A stretch of DNA of 64,000 nucleotides, from NCBI GenBank assembly GCA_913056155.1, contig CAJXMT010000001.1:2976-66975 (forward strand), written 5' to 3'. The notes beneath the pieces were generated by a model. The model searched no databases, was not told where the DNA came from, and saw only the letters and a list, made by a program, of their open reading frames with translations. Position 1 is the first letter of the stretch. Every line of letters begins with the position of its first letter. This document shows positions 48,201 through 56,031 of this stretch, in pieces. The stretch comes from an uncultured Cryomorphaceae bacterium. GTDB lineage: Bacteria > Bacteroidota > Bacteroidia > Flavobacteriales_G > Salibacteraceae. The position numbers were made by a program, and so were the translations under genes.

Positions 48201-49107
48201 CATACGTACCGGCCGTTTTTCCATTACTTCCTGCCGCGTAACCCGGAGTACCGGTGAATTTCCATAACCCGTTGCCGGATGGATTTGAAGAATTATTCGT
48301 CCAGCAATTCGGAAGCGATCCCGAGTTAAAATCTTCTGAAAATGGAGCGGCTGACAAACAGGGTATGCTTGTGCCGCTTAAATATTCACCCGTAGTTGTT
48401 CTACAACTATTATCTGTATTACATGAAGCATCAGCGGCATAATGGGTCCTATATGTGCCGGTTGACGAAACATTCACTTGCAAAGGCGTAATGCCGGCCG
48501 CTATAATGTTATCGTTGTTATCCGTGAACGTAATATAATCGGTAGCTACCGATGATGTAAACTCATACTGCCCCGCATCTTGTATAGTAAGAGTCGCATA
48601 TTCTGAAGCAAATTGGCAAGTCGTAATATTTACAGGACTTGTGGAAGATGATGACAACGTAGCCGAACCATAAGGACTTGTCATAATACACCCCGGAGGA
48701 CTTAAAAACTCAGCCGTTAAACTCCGTGAGGCAGTGTTGGTTCCACATAATGCATCCGTGTTAATGTGTACTCTGTAATTTCCCGTTGTGGTAAAAGTGA
48801 CATTTAACGGTTGGGCTCCGTGTGTAACCACAACATTGTTATCATCTGTTACCGTTAAATAATCAGAGGCAATCGTAGACCCGATTTGATACTGTCCCGC
48901 ATCGGCAACCGTTGTTGGAGCATACTCTGTTGCCCAATTACCAAAACTGTAAGTAGTGGGAGTAGTCATTGTATTATTAAGGGTACCCCCCCCATATGAT
49001 GAGTTGTTAATGCATTGGGCTGTCAAATTGCCCAATGAAAGCAGGATAAAGACAGCAAACAGTGAAGCCGTTTTCATCCAATCTTGAAATTTGTTTTTGT
49101 TTCTCAT
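42262..49107 (-). CDS. giant T9SS-sorted adhesin (beta-helix region, 10 SprB-type repeats, C-terminal sorting domain)
   Basis: 2281 aa. Signal peptide, parallel-beta-helix-like N/G/S/T-rich repeats, ten units of the form C.G..DG......GG..PY.Y.WS, and a C-terminus of FEVYPNPNRGQFNV...GVYFVKV. Confidence 0.8.
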   Translation of the reverse strand: MRNKNKFQDWMKTASLFAVFILLSLGNLTAQCINNSSYGGGTLNNTMTTPTTYSFGNWATEYAPTTVADAGQYQIGSTIASDYLTVTDDNNVVVTHGAQPLNVTFTTTGNYRVHINTDALCGTNTASRSLTAEFLSPPGCIMTSPYGSATLSSSSTSPVNITTCQFASEYATLTIQDAGQYEFTSSVATDYITFTDNNDNIIAAGITPLQVNVSSTGTYRTHYAADASCNTDNSCRTTTGEYLSGTSIPCLSAAPFSEDFNSGSLPNCWTNNSSNPSGNGLWKFTGTPGYAAGSNGKTAGTYAWTDGSTPATADVTLTTPLIDVTALNVPMLSFEWFSNNTNNPGDNTTLHIEVNNGSGWTNVASLAGDDPNWVQEDIILTAYANDTIEIRFINDQTTAGTAFYNDILLDDVSVVEAPTCLPVDSLQTANVGTNSLDLSWVDPGTGSVWVVEYGPAGFTPGTGTAANTTSSPYTVSGLNPGTIYDFYVRADCGGGDSATNTGPVTDTTSCGAGLSGNFTIDGSQSTAGTNYNSFADIVNEMLVCGISGPVNVDVQPGTYNEQVYLGAIPGASATNTVTFKGVDPATTILTFEQNQSNDRYTVRFDGSSHITFDSLTIEAQSSGTYGWVVHIMDNTSDITLRNCNLETDATSTSSFVEGVIVSGSNTSYTTGASGVSNITLENNHIVGGYNGIRFNGNFGNEVQNTTITGNHLDSPYYYGIYLLRNDGVTIADNLVEVRSTGTDFSSAIYFSSTDDFQITGNTLRGMGRNGFYNTNGGGTSTNRSAIVNNAIGGGFRSNSTLTSGIRILNTSSQYIDIVHNSINVDQPSGRALNVSNTSPSNLRIWNNNLAHTPGSGSGYALYVSSTNSIEDIDYNNYYSDGSNFVYYGSARADLATLQGVNTPANNDANSVSADPVFLAFDNLLPFSNLIDDEGLGIPQIPVDINGAPRDPNNPSIGAYEYTAPNGDVSLDEVNLANSECLGSNDSIYFTVTNNLGSTIDFSNDPLNFTWQVTGPVNSNGSITVNTGNLAVSNSVEFGGDGVNMSLPGTYTVSLAYIDTNGVNDVAVNDTLIMSATLTVDPLLAVSPKIDTVVVSGDSVDLTAQSPFFPGGDFFFTEICHYNGFGTGGNSAAWLQADDYIEITGVPNSDLAGFTLEQWSTSALNGTYTFPPGTVLGPNGTAVFGVGQLGGSTPSPSNFYYHANGTYTGGFSSGGSAGRILLDPSGNIVDAVGYSGFSGYTFPAASNVTAADWSGNTSSTSGTAGMRLEGADVNSVTNWTVVTAGNPQDANVVNTNVTVPAPASLTGFTWNFQSSVIDTNVETTVGPFTVPGIYEYVAEYTGTPCGTVYDTATVVVAFTELDVVAANDPSCNQGTDGSIEVTSLGGQAPFTYSWSDDPLRTGNLATGLAAGSYTVIVTDANNVSDTGTVTLTNPAQFPLSFTMTPSSCGNNDGELSVTATGGVSPYSYAWSSGGSAATESGLAGGTSYTVTVTDGNGCVSIDSANVSDAGAPSLSFNIINDIDCAEDTDGEVQVSVSGGAMPYSYNWSNSTTASTLSSVSGGNYSVTVTDSLGCSIVGTVSLNDPDTLEITSATVNDVTCNGAANGSIQVSVAGGTLPYSYNWSNNSNSPSISGLAPGSYSGTVTDANGCQVVGGPVTVSQPAAPLTASVTSTTNVSCNGGNDGEGTVAAAGGTAPYTYTWSNAGTGATQTGLSAGSYIVTITDDNNCQTLQSVNISQPSALQSVILSSQDVSCNGGSDGTATAVAQGGTSPYTYAWSNASTGAMAMGLSQGSYDVTVTDDNGCTSISSVVIGEPSALTASISNTTDVTCFGANNGTATVTAAGGTPGYTYAWSNNQGNPTATGLGAGSYDVTVTDANGCNTIVSTTITEPTALSASLSATHVGCNGGSDGELEAVVSGGTSPYSYNWSNGDTNATADSLTAGLYLVTVSDANGCNTILSNFVNEPSALTTSLSITSEITCNGETDGEVMVNVQGGTSPYSFAWSNSDSTMNASNLGAGMVHVTVTDANGCMIEDSVSLSEPDVLAVSIENDEDATCFGYANGSGEAVVQGGTMPYSYSWTSGTQTATANNLPAGINEITVTDANGCMATGTVEIEEPAQIDTSLVVENNGALIANAAGSDVTYQWWDCEAEEIVAGASGQYFEPAANGDFALIINVAGCQDTSDCFALTRVSVADLAGGTNTFEVYPNPNRGQFNVRITGNSEEPVQLDVMDMQGKQLLSKNIGRLSGELVEELNINLAAGVYFVKVIRDGEMSIKRVVVQ
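42750..45040 (-). repeat. ten tandem coding repeats of about 228 bp (SprB-type)
   Basis: I counted the repeats in the translated sequence (CNQGTDG, CGNNDG, CAEDTDG, CNGAANG, CNGGNDG, CNGGSDG, CFGANNG, CNGGSDG, CNGETDG, CFGYANG). The boundaries are approximate. Confidence 0.75.
48986..48993 (-). repeat. G8 homopolymer in the 5' coding region of the adhesin (C8 on the plus strand)
   Basis: Read directly. Encodes Y-G-G-G about 40 codons into the ORF. Confidence 0.95.
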
Positions 49108-49642
49108 AATAAATAGTTTAAAAGAATTGAAAAATTAATAGTTAACGAATAAACACGACATCATTATGGCGGTAACCCATATTGATTAAGTAATATCTCC
49201 AAAGCAAATAGAGTAGCTGTCATTGTTATATAAATTTAAAGTGTGTGTTTTTCAATATTAAAAACACACAACAACGCAACATTCTTACAAAGAGTCTATT
49301 ACGTTTTTCAAGAAGCAATTAAAGAACCCCCCGATTTTTTGATTGAATGACAAACATAGAAAAAAATCAATACAACACTCCAAATTTTTCTCATGTTTTT
49401 TTTAAAGGACCCCAATAATTAATTTACTAAAAACCAACACGTACAACTCATTAGGTAAATTTTATAATTTAATTTTTAAAATTAAAACATTAAAGCGCAA
49501 ATAAAATAGTATATAGTCAAAATTGTTTTGTGAAATATTTCGTTATTCTTCAACATCCACAATCCAAATCAATCCCATTCGTTTTCTCACTCAAATGATT
49601 GACTTTTGCATCTGATTTTGAATTTGAATAATACAAACCATT

Positions 49643-51253
49643 ATGACGCTTCATTATTCTTTACGTACATTTCTACCGGGCATACTGTTATTTTTGCTGA
49701 GCTTGGGTACGGTTCTGACCAAAAGCAACTCACTTAGAGCCCAAACTGAGCAAGACTATGTTGATTATTACGATAAAAATGAAAAACACAAACGCAGCGA
49801 AGGGAAATACAAAAACGGAAATGAGCACGGCACTTGGCAGTTTTGGTACAAAAACGGACAGCTCAAGGAATATGCGGAATTTGTAAAAGGTTACAGACAC
49901 GGCAAAAATGCCACATATTATGAAAACGGAAACCGGGAGTTTTTGGGCTTTTTCGATTATGACCGTCGGGACAGTATTTACAAAGCTTGGTACAAAAACG
50001 GCAACCTCAAAGAGGAAGGTCAATATGTGTACAACTTGAGACACGGCACTTGGAAGTATTATTATGAAAACGGCGATTTACGCAAAGTAGAGCAAGCCGA
50101 CTCCGGATTAATCAGACTTGAGAAACTCGTGAGTCCCAAAGGTGAAGTGTGGGTTGAAAACGGCGAGGGCACCATAAAGTATTTTCATGATAACGGAAAG
50201 CTGAAAGAAAGAGCACGCATCAAAAACGGCCGGCGAAACGGTGAGGCCGCGTACTTTTTTGAAACCGGCGAAAAAGCCATTGATGCTTTTTATAAAAACG
50301 GTAAAAAATCCAACCAATGGATTCATTACTATCCCCAAGGCGATACCCATCAAGTTATTCATTATAATCAGAACCGAAAAGAGGGTGAATACACCGCCTA
50401 TTTCCCCAACGGACAAGTGGATAAAAACGGGCCGTATCATAATGATATGCGAAACGGAAAGTGGGAGTGGTTTTATAATGACGGGCAAAAAGCGCAAACG
50501 GGATATTACGAAAACGACCTCCAAAGCAAAAACTGGAAAGTGTATTACCCCAACGGAAAACTCGACGAAACCGGCGATTACCTCAATAATGAAAAACACG
50601 GCTTTTGGGAAATGTATTACGAAGACGGTCAATTGCAATCAAAAGGCGAATTCAGAAAAGGCGAAAAACACGGTGATTGGAAAACCTATTATACCAACGG
50701 CCAAGTTTGGACGGAGGGCACCTTTAATGAAGGGCTTGAAACCGGCCTTTGGAAAGCGTACCACAAAAATGGGAAACTCGAAAGCAAAGGAGAATTTGAA
50801 GCCGGAAAGATGCACGGCGATTGGAAATCGTGGTATCAAAGCGGTCAAATACGCTATACAGGACAAATGGATCACGGCCTCAAAACCGGCGAATGGGAGT
50901 ATTATTACGAGAACGGAAAATTGCGCGAAAAAGGCGCATACCAAAACGGCCTTAAACACGGATGCCGCCAAGTTTATAATCCTACCGGCATTTTATACAG
51001 TGACGGCTGCTATGATGAAGGTCTCAAAACGGGCACTTGGATTTTCAATTACAAAACCGGGCAAAAACAACGCGAGGAAGAATACAAAAAAAACCGCTTG
51101 CACGGTACTTCAAAATCATGGCACCAAGGCATGCAGCTGCGAAGCGAGCGCGAATACAAAAACGGCAGGCTGCACGGTACATTCAAACAATACGATAAAC
51201 GCGGGAATGTAGTGGTTGAAGCCCGCTATAAAAACGGCGTAAAAGTGGACTAA
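49643..51253 (+). CDS. MORN-variant repeat protein (YwqK-like), secreted
   Basis: Signal peptide followed by about 20 units of the form G.W..YY.NG.L...G.Y..G..HG. Confidence 0.75.
   Translation: MTLHYSLRTFLPGILLFLLSLGTVLTKSNSLRAQTEQDYVDYYDKNEKHKRSEGKYKNGNEHGTWQFWYKNGQLKEYAEFVKGYRHGKNATYYENGNREFLGFFDYDRRDSIYKAWYKNGNLKEEGQYVYNLRHGTWKYYYENGDLRKVEQADSGLIRLEKLVSPKGEVWVENGEGTIKYFHDNGKLKERARIKNGRRNGEAAYFFETGEKAIDAFYKNGKKSNQWIHYYPQGDTHQVIHYNQNRKEGEYTAYFPNGQVDKNGPYHNDMRNGKWEWFYNDGQKAQTGYYENDLQSKNWKVYYPNGKLDETGDYLNNEKHGFWEMYYEDGQLQSKGEFRKGEKHGDWKTYYTNGQVWTEGTFNEGLETGLWKAYHKNGKLESKGEFEAGKMHGDWKSWYQSGQIRYTGQMDHGLKTGEWEYYYENGKLREKGAYQNGLKHGCRQVYNPTGILYSDGCYDEGLKTGTWIFNYKTGQKQREEEYKKNRLHGTSKSWHQGMQLRSEREYKNGRLHGTFKQYDKRGNVVVEARYKNGVKVD
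49711..49724 (-). repeat. iterated 14-mer, exact copy inside the signal-peptide coding region
   Basis: The plus strand reads GGTTCTGACCAAAA, encoding V-L-T-K. Confidence 0.9.
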
Positions 51254-51257
51254 CACC

Positions 51258-52250
51258 ATGCGTAATCCCGTGAAAATACTCATCATCAGGTTTAGCTCAA
51301 TTGGCGATATTGTGCTTACAACACCCGTAATTCGATGCCTCAAAAAACAACTGAATCACGGAGATAACGAGGTTCACTACCTTACCAAAAAAAGCTTTCA
51401 CCCTGTTTTAGAAAACAACCCGTACATCAATCGGCTTTACACCATCCAAAGCAAAACAAGTGAAGTGATTCCCCAACTCCAAAATGAAGGGTACGACTAT
51501 ATATTTGATTTGCACAAAAACCTGCGCTCGGGACAAGTCAAACGTGCACTTAAAACGTTATCATTTTCTTTTCACAAGGCCAACTTTGAAAAATGGCTTT
51601 GGGTCAACTTCAACCTCAACAAAATGCCGCGCAAGCACATTGTAGATCGCTACATGCAAACCACCCAAGCGTTCAACATTAAAAACGACGGTGCGGGTTT
51701 AGACTATTTTATTCCGCCCGAGGCAGAAAAGGCGCTCCATAAACTACCCCGCGATTTCAAAAAAACATACGTTTTATACGCCATCGGCGGGCAGCACCCC
51801 GGGAAAATATTACCCGTTGATAAAATCATTGACCTGTGTAAAAAACTCCAATCACCCGTTGTTTTGGCCGGCGGCCCTGATGATGCGCAACGCGGAAATG
51901 AAATTGTAAGTCAAACCGGCGATCGCGTGTATAATGCCTGCGGAAAATTCAGTCTCAATGAATCGGCAGCACTTGTACAACACGCACAATGCGTCATTAC
52001 CCACGACACCGGACTGATGCACATTGCGGCCGCCTTAAAAAAGAAGGTGGTTTCGCTTTGGGGCGCCACCGTCCCGGGCTTTGGAATGTACCCGTATATG
52101 CCGGGTGCAGGCTCTCAAATTATTGAACCCCGCGGCATAAAAAACCGACCCTACTCCAAGTTAGGCGACAACAAGTGGTACAAGAAAAATTTTACGGGTA
52201 TGGACCAAATAGATATTGAGGAGGTGGTTAGTGCCGTCGAAGATCGGTAG
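51258..52250 (+). CDS. glycosyltransferase family 9 (heptosyltransferase-like)
   Basis: The KILIIRFSSIGDIVLTTPVIRCLK N-terminus and the C-terminal HDTGLMHIAAAL motif are typical of GT9. Confidence 0.8.
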   Translation: MRNPVKILIIRFSSIGDIVLTTPVIRCLKKQLNHGDNEVHYLTKKSFHPVLENNPYINRLYTIQSKTSEVIPQLQNEGYDYIFDLHKNLRSGQVKRALKTLSFSFHKANFEKWLWVNFNLNKMPRKHIVDRYMQTTQAFNIKNDGAGLDYFIPPEAEKALHKLPRDFKKTYVLYAIGGQHPGKILPVDKIIDLCKKLQSPVVLAGGPDDAQRGNEIVSQTGDRVYNACGKFSLNESAALVQHAQCVITHDTGLMHIAAALKKKVVSLWGATVPGFGMYPYMPGAGSQIIEPRGIKNRPYSKLGDNKWYKKNFTGMDQIDIEEVVSAVEDR

Positions 52251-52258
52251 CTCATTAT

Positions 52259-52272
52259 TTTTGGTCAGAACC
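52259..52272 (+). repeat. iterated 14-mer, exact copy between convergent genes
   Basis: Read directly as TTTTGGTCAGAACCAAG. The intergenic gap is only 32 bp. Confidence 0.9.
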
Positions 52273-52282
52273 AAGTTACCGA

Positions 52283-53341
52283 CTACCTCACACCTTCCTT
52301 GCGCAAAAAGTTAATATATTGCCGGCGGTAACGATTGTGTTGAGCTAAGGATTTAGAAAAATTGTGGTAGCCCGAGTAATCGGGTTTGGCACACATAAAC
52401 ACATAATCGTGTGCGGGTGCATTCAACACCGCTTCCAAAGCGCGCTTCTCTGCCAGGCCGATAGGTCCGGGCGGCAGCCCTTTGTACAGGTACGTATTAT
52501 AAGGCGACTCTTTTTTCAAATGCTTAAAGTAAATGCGCCTCAAACCGGGGTCACCTACAGCAAACTTCACAGTAGGATCCGCCTGCAACTTCATGCCGCG
52601 CTTGAGCCTGTTTAAATACAGGCGCGCCACTTTAGGCATCTCATCAGGTTGTCGCGTTTCCTCTTGAACGATGCTTGCCAATGCAGCCACCTCACTTTGG
52701 CTCAACCCCAGGTTTGCCGCTTTGGCTTTCCGGTCAGCCGTCCAAAAAACCTTAAACTCACGCGCCATGCGTTTCACAAACTCCTCCTCCGTTATGGTCC
52801 AATACATTTCATACGTATCGGGAATAAACATACTCACAAACGTTTCCGGGGCAAAGCCAAAATGCGCAATAACTTCGGGACGGGTCATGTAGGCAATTAA
52901 ACGTGCCGAGTCTGCCTCAATTTGAGCCCCGGCCTTGGCCGCCAATTCGGGAAGCGTTTTTACATGGTCTAAAGTAACCTGTACGGGTTCTTGATTTCCG
53001 CCTTTCAACTTATTTACCAAATCATTATTGCTGAGTCCGCTCTCAATTTTATACTTGCCCGGCTTAATAAAATCCGGATATTCTTTTTGCTCGGCCACCC
53101 ATTGAAAAGACTCCTCATGAATCAGCACCTCCTTTTGGCGAAGCTCTTCCAAAACCGCTTCAAAGTCGGCATCCGTACCAATGTAAATGTAAGTGAAATC
53201 ACCGTTTACGGCTTGGGTATTTGACTCTTTCACGTAGGTAAAATAACGATACCCCACATAACTCACCGCTAAAAACGCCGAGAGAAACATGAAAACAATG
53301 ATACGTGTTAGCTTACTTGATTTTTTCTTTTTCCTCGCCAT
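52283..53341 (-). CDS. mltG: endolytic peptidoglycan transglycosylase MltG (YceG-like)
   Basis: N-terminal anchor, LASIVQEE and SPYNTYLYKGLPPGPI motifs. Confidence 0.85.
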   Translation of the reverse strand: MARKKKKSSKLTRIIVFMFLSAFLAVSYVGYRYFTYVKESNTQAVNGDFTYIYIGTDADFEAVLEELRQKEVLIHEESFQWVAEQKEYPDFIKPGKYKIESGLSNNDLVNKLKGGNQEPVQVTLDHVKTLPELAAKAGAQIEADSARLIAYMTRPEVIAHFGFAPETFVSMFIPDTYEMYWTITEEEFVKRMAREFKVFWTADRKAKAANLGLSQSEVAALASIVQEETRQPDEMPKVARLYLNRLKRGMKLQADPTVKFAVGDPGLRRIYFKHLKKESPYNTYLYKGLPPGPIGLAEKRALEAVLNAPAHDYVFMCAKPDYSGYHNFSKSLAQHNRYRRQYINFLRKEGVR

Positions 53342-53371
53342 ATCTACTATTCAGAACCAAAATGTGTAAAA

Positions 53372-53890
53372 CTACTTATTGATGAGTTGCATCGTAAATT
53401 CATTTTTAAACCCCGTGCCCTGCTTCACCCAATCCTGTTTTTCACCGGTAACTTCAAAACCATGCTTTTGAAACAGCTTTAAACTGTCTTTGTTATCGGT
53501 AAGCACGGCGCAATAAAGCTGATGCAAGTTTAGTGTATGAAAAGCGTAATCAATCATTAAACCGATTGTTTCAGAAGCCAACCCCTTATTGCGGTATTTT
53601 TCATCGGCTATTAAAATACCGATACCCGCCCTGTCGTGAGTAGGATCAAAATTGAACAAATCCACACAGCCAATAGCATTTCGGGTTCCGTCAAGCTCAA
53701 TCATTAAGCGCAATTGGCGCTGAGCATAAACATCTTGATCTGAGGTTGCATAAGCCCTAATCATCGCCTTTGAAAACGGCTTCACCGTATTGCTCACTTG
53801 CCAAATATCTCTATTGTTTTCCCATTCAAAAATCAAATCGGCATCCTCGGGTTCTACAGATCTCAATAGTACTTTTTCTCCTTTAAGCAT
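53372..53890 (-). CDS. GNAT family N-acetyltransferase
   Basis: RNKGLASE acetyl-CoA motif. The start is set at MLKGEKVLLR, which overlaps the dapF stop by 8 nt (ATGCTTAA). Confidence 0.75.
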   Translation of the reverse strand: MLKGEKVLLRSVEPEDADLIFEWENNRDIWQVSNTVKPFSKAMIRAYATSDQDVYAQRQLRLMIELDGTRNAIGCVDLFNFDPTHDRAGIGILIADEKYRNKGLASETIGLMIDYAFHTLNLHQLYCAVLTDNKDSLKLFQKHGFEVTGEKQDWVKQGTGFKNEFTMQLINK

Positions 53891-54668
53891 GTGGTAACTC
53901 ACCTTTAAACACTTGAACAGCCAGACCGCAAAGCAGTATGTTTGTTGCCGCGCGCCCGTCAAAATTAAAATCTACCCGTAAATTGCCGCCGCGTGTTTTC
54001 ACCGCCATTTGTACAAAACCCGTTTTTTTCTGTTTTAAAGCAGCGGCAATGGCAGCGGCTGTAACACCCGTTCCACAAGAAAAGGTTTCATCTTCAACGC
54101 CGCGCTCAAAAGTACGCATCTCTACATGATTTTCTCTCTCAGCTACAATATTCACGTTAATGCCGTCTTGTAAAAACTCCGCTCCATACCGAATTTCGTT
54201 TGTTACATTCATGAGCAATTCATCGGTAAGCTCACCACCCGCAAATCTGATGTAATGAGGAGAGCCCGTGTCCAAAACAAAATCATTGCCGCGCTGCTCA
54301 ATTTCTCTCACATCATTCATTGATAAATGAATCTCGCCGTCGTGAACTTCAGCAGCATGTTCACCATCGGGGGCGAGAAACCTCATTTTGCCCGCTGCAG
54401 CTCCCTTAAATTGCGCAAAGTGTGCCAAACATCGGGCCCCGTTACCGCACATGCTGCTGCGCTTGCCGTCACTGTTGTAATACACCATTTCAAAATCGTA
54501 ACCCGTTTTGTTTCCCAGCAGCATAAGACCATCTGCACCAATGCCGAAACGGCGGGTGCACAACTGTTGAATGAAACTTGTGTTTTCACGCGGGAATTCA
54601 TTTTGGCGATCGTCCACGATTATAAAATCGTTGCCGGTGCCTTGGTACTTGTAAAAGATATGACTCAC
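53883..54668 (-). CDS. dapF: diaminopimelate epimerase
   Basis: GTGNDFII, SMCGNGARC and FSCGTGVTAAA catalytic-Cys motifs. Confidence 0.9.
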   Translation of the reverse strand: MSHIFYKYQGTGNDFIIVDDRQNEFPRENTSFIQQLCTRRFGIGADGLMLLGNKTGYDFEMVYYNSDGKRSSMCGNGARCLAHFAQFKGAAAGKMRFLAPDGEHAAEVHDGEIHLSMNDVREIEQRGNDFVLDTGSPHYIRFAGGELTDELLMNVTNEIRYGAEFLQDGINVNIVAERENHVEMRTFERGVEDETFSCGTGVTAAAIAAALKQKKTGFVQMAVKTRGGNLRVDFNFDGRAATNILLCGLAVQVFKGELPHA

Positions 54669-55441
54669 TACTCGTTGTTTTTCAATTGCTCAAAAAGCAC
54701 ATGTGTACTATCCACCGTTTTTAACGGCAGCATTTTAAACGAGGGGCGAAGTTGATAAAAATTATTGAAATTGCGCAAGTAAAATGTATCTTGATATTGA
54801 TACAGGGCTCCGTCTTGGTCATAATCTACACCGTACATCAACAATTTTAAGTTACCCATTTTATAACCCGCCGTATTAAAGGGCGTTTGCCAAAACTCTA
54901 CGGTATACATTTTTTCATCGCTTTCTTTAATTTCGCTTTGCTTCTCCAGCAATTCACGAGTTATTGAATCTTGCTCAACATCGGGATCAAAAATATGCAC
55001 CGCTAATTTAACCCTTCCCGTCAACTCGGTTTCATCCACTTCCTCTTGACTTTTCACAACCTCACCCTCCTCAGCCGGTGCGGCGGTTGTTGTATCGGGC
55101 AATTGAGTTGCGGCGGACTCATAAGTCAACGGCGTATCTGTTTCAAGGGTGTCTGCCTCCTCAAATTCTAAAGCAGCCGAATCAATCAACGAGGTATCGT
55201 TTTTCAACTCTATGCCGTTGGGATATTGGTCAGAGCCCGAACTATCATCAGCCGGTTTTTTCGTATTTTGCTTTATTGCTTCGTCGCTTTCGCCGGGCAA
55301 AGACACCCGCCCCACCGGTTCATCATCACCTACGTGATTTTGTCGCGCTTGCGGAGTTAATTGGGGTTCTGACCAAAAAAATACGCCCAAAACAACAGCA
55401 AGGGAGGCCAACAAAATGATCAAAATGAATTTTTTGCCCAC
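54668..55441 (-). CDS. hypothetical membrane-anchored protein with an acidic linker
   Basis: N-terminal TM helix, a D/E/T-rich linker and a C-terminal globular region. Contains two copies of the iterated motif. Confidence 0.5.
   Translation of the reverse strand: MGKKFILIILLASLAVVLGVFFWSEPQLTPQARQNHVGDDEPVGRVSLPGESDEAIKQNTKKPADDSSGSDQYPNGIELKNDTSLIDSAALEFEEADTLETDTPLTYESAATQLPDTTTAAPAEEGEVVKSQEEVDETELTGRVKLAVHIFDPDVEQDSITRELLEKQSEIKESDEKMYTVEFWQTPFNTAGYKMGNLKLLMYGVDYDQDGALYQYQDTFYLRNFNNFYQLRPSFKMLPLKTVDSTHVLFEQLKNNE
55365..55378 (-). repeat. iterated 14-mer, exact copy inside a CDS
   Basis: The plus strand reads GGTTCTGACCAAAA. The gene strand encodes F-W-S-E-P just after the TM anchor. Confidence 0.9.
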
Positions 55442-55512
55442 GGATTTAAGATTTAGCTACAAATATAAACAGCTTACCCGTGAAAAGCTCAAAATGAGTG
55501 TCAAATGTATGA

Positions 55513-56031
55513 TCATAATGTTTCGCCAATACGCCTGTAAACAGTAAAAAAGCGCTTGCGAGCCGGGGTGCTGTTCAGCAATTCACGCTTGTAAGATTGA
55601 ATGGCCTCAAAAAAACGATGCTCTAATTGTGCCCGATTCACGCGATAAACTACAGTTGATTTTTGCTCAAACAGCTTTTCGCCGGTTAAATCGTAAATAA
55701 AGCGATACTGCCTTTTTGTTGCCGAATTTTGAGAGTGTGTTCCAAAACTGTGTGTTACGGCATTGCGAACTTGGTAAAGCAACTCTGCGCTTAATTCATT
55801 CAACTGCATGTAGCGCCGATAAAACAAAACGGTTTTTTTTGCGCTGCGCTTATAGCCCGATTTCCCGGTGTGCATTTGAGCCAGTAAATCAAGTGCGGAG
55901 AATACGCAAAAACAACGTGAAATTACATTTTCATCGGGCGTGTTTCGCAATTCGCGCAAACATGCTGCTAAAACAGATTTTCGATTTTGAGCATCAAATA
56001 AACGCTCGATTATTTTTTCCTCATCACTCAT
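55513..56031 (-). CDS. hypothetical cytoplasmic helical protein with an Rx4H (HEPN-like) motif
   Basis: YQVRNAVTHSFG contains R-N-x3-H. The ATG start overlaps the upstream stop (ATGAGTGA). Confidence 0.5.
   Translation of the reverse strand: MSDEEKIIERLFDAQNRKSVLAACLRELRNTPDENVISRCFCVFSALDLLAQMHTGKSGYKRSAKKTVLFYRRYMQLNELSAELLYQVRNAVTHSFGTHSQNSATKRQYRFIYDLTGEKLFEQKSTVVYRVNRAQLEHRFFEAIQSYKRELLNSTPARKRFFTVYRRIGETL

Noticed and set aside
42751-48442. Many 60-100-aa antisense or alternative-frame ORFs inside the adhesin gene
   Set aside because: They lie within a long repeat-rich CDS with a clear frame. They are low-complexity and have no independent signals.
50241-51212. 323-aa alternative-frame ORF inside the MORN-repeat gene, plus minus-strand ORFs at 49730-51343
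   Set aside because: These are artefacts of the repetitive, stop-poor codon composition (AAA/AAC/GGC). The main frame has a clear repeat structure and a signal peptide.
53349-53362. Degenerate matches to the iterated motif: ATTCAGAACCAAAA here, GGTTCTGACCATTA at 5567, GGTTCTGAAAAAAA at 1938, GGTTCTGAATAAAA at 33378, and others
   Set aside because: They have two or more mismatches, some of them in the core. They were not counted because such matches could arise by chance or from codon preferences.
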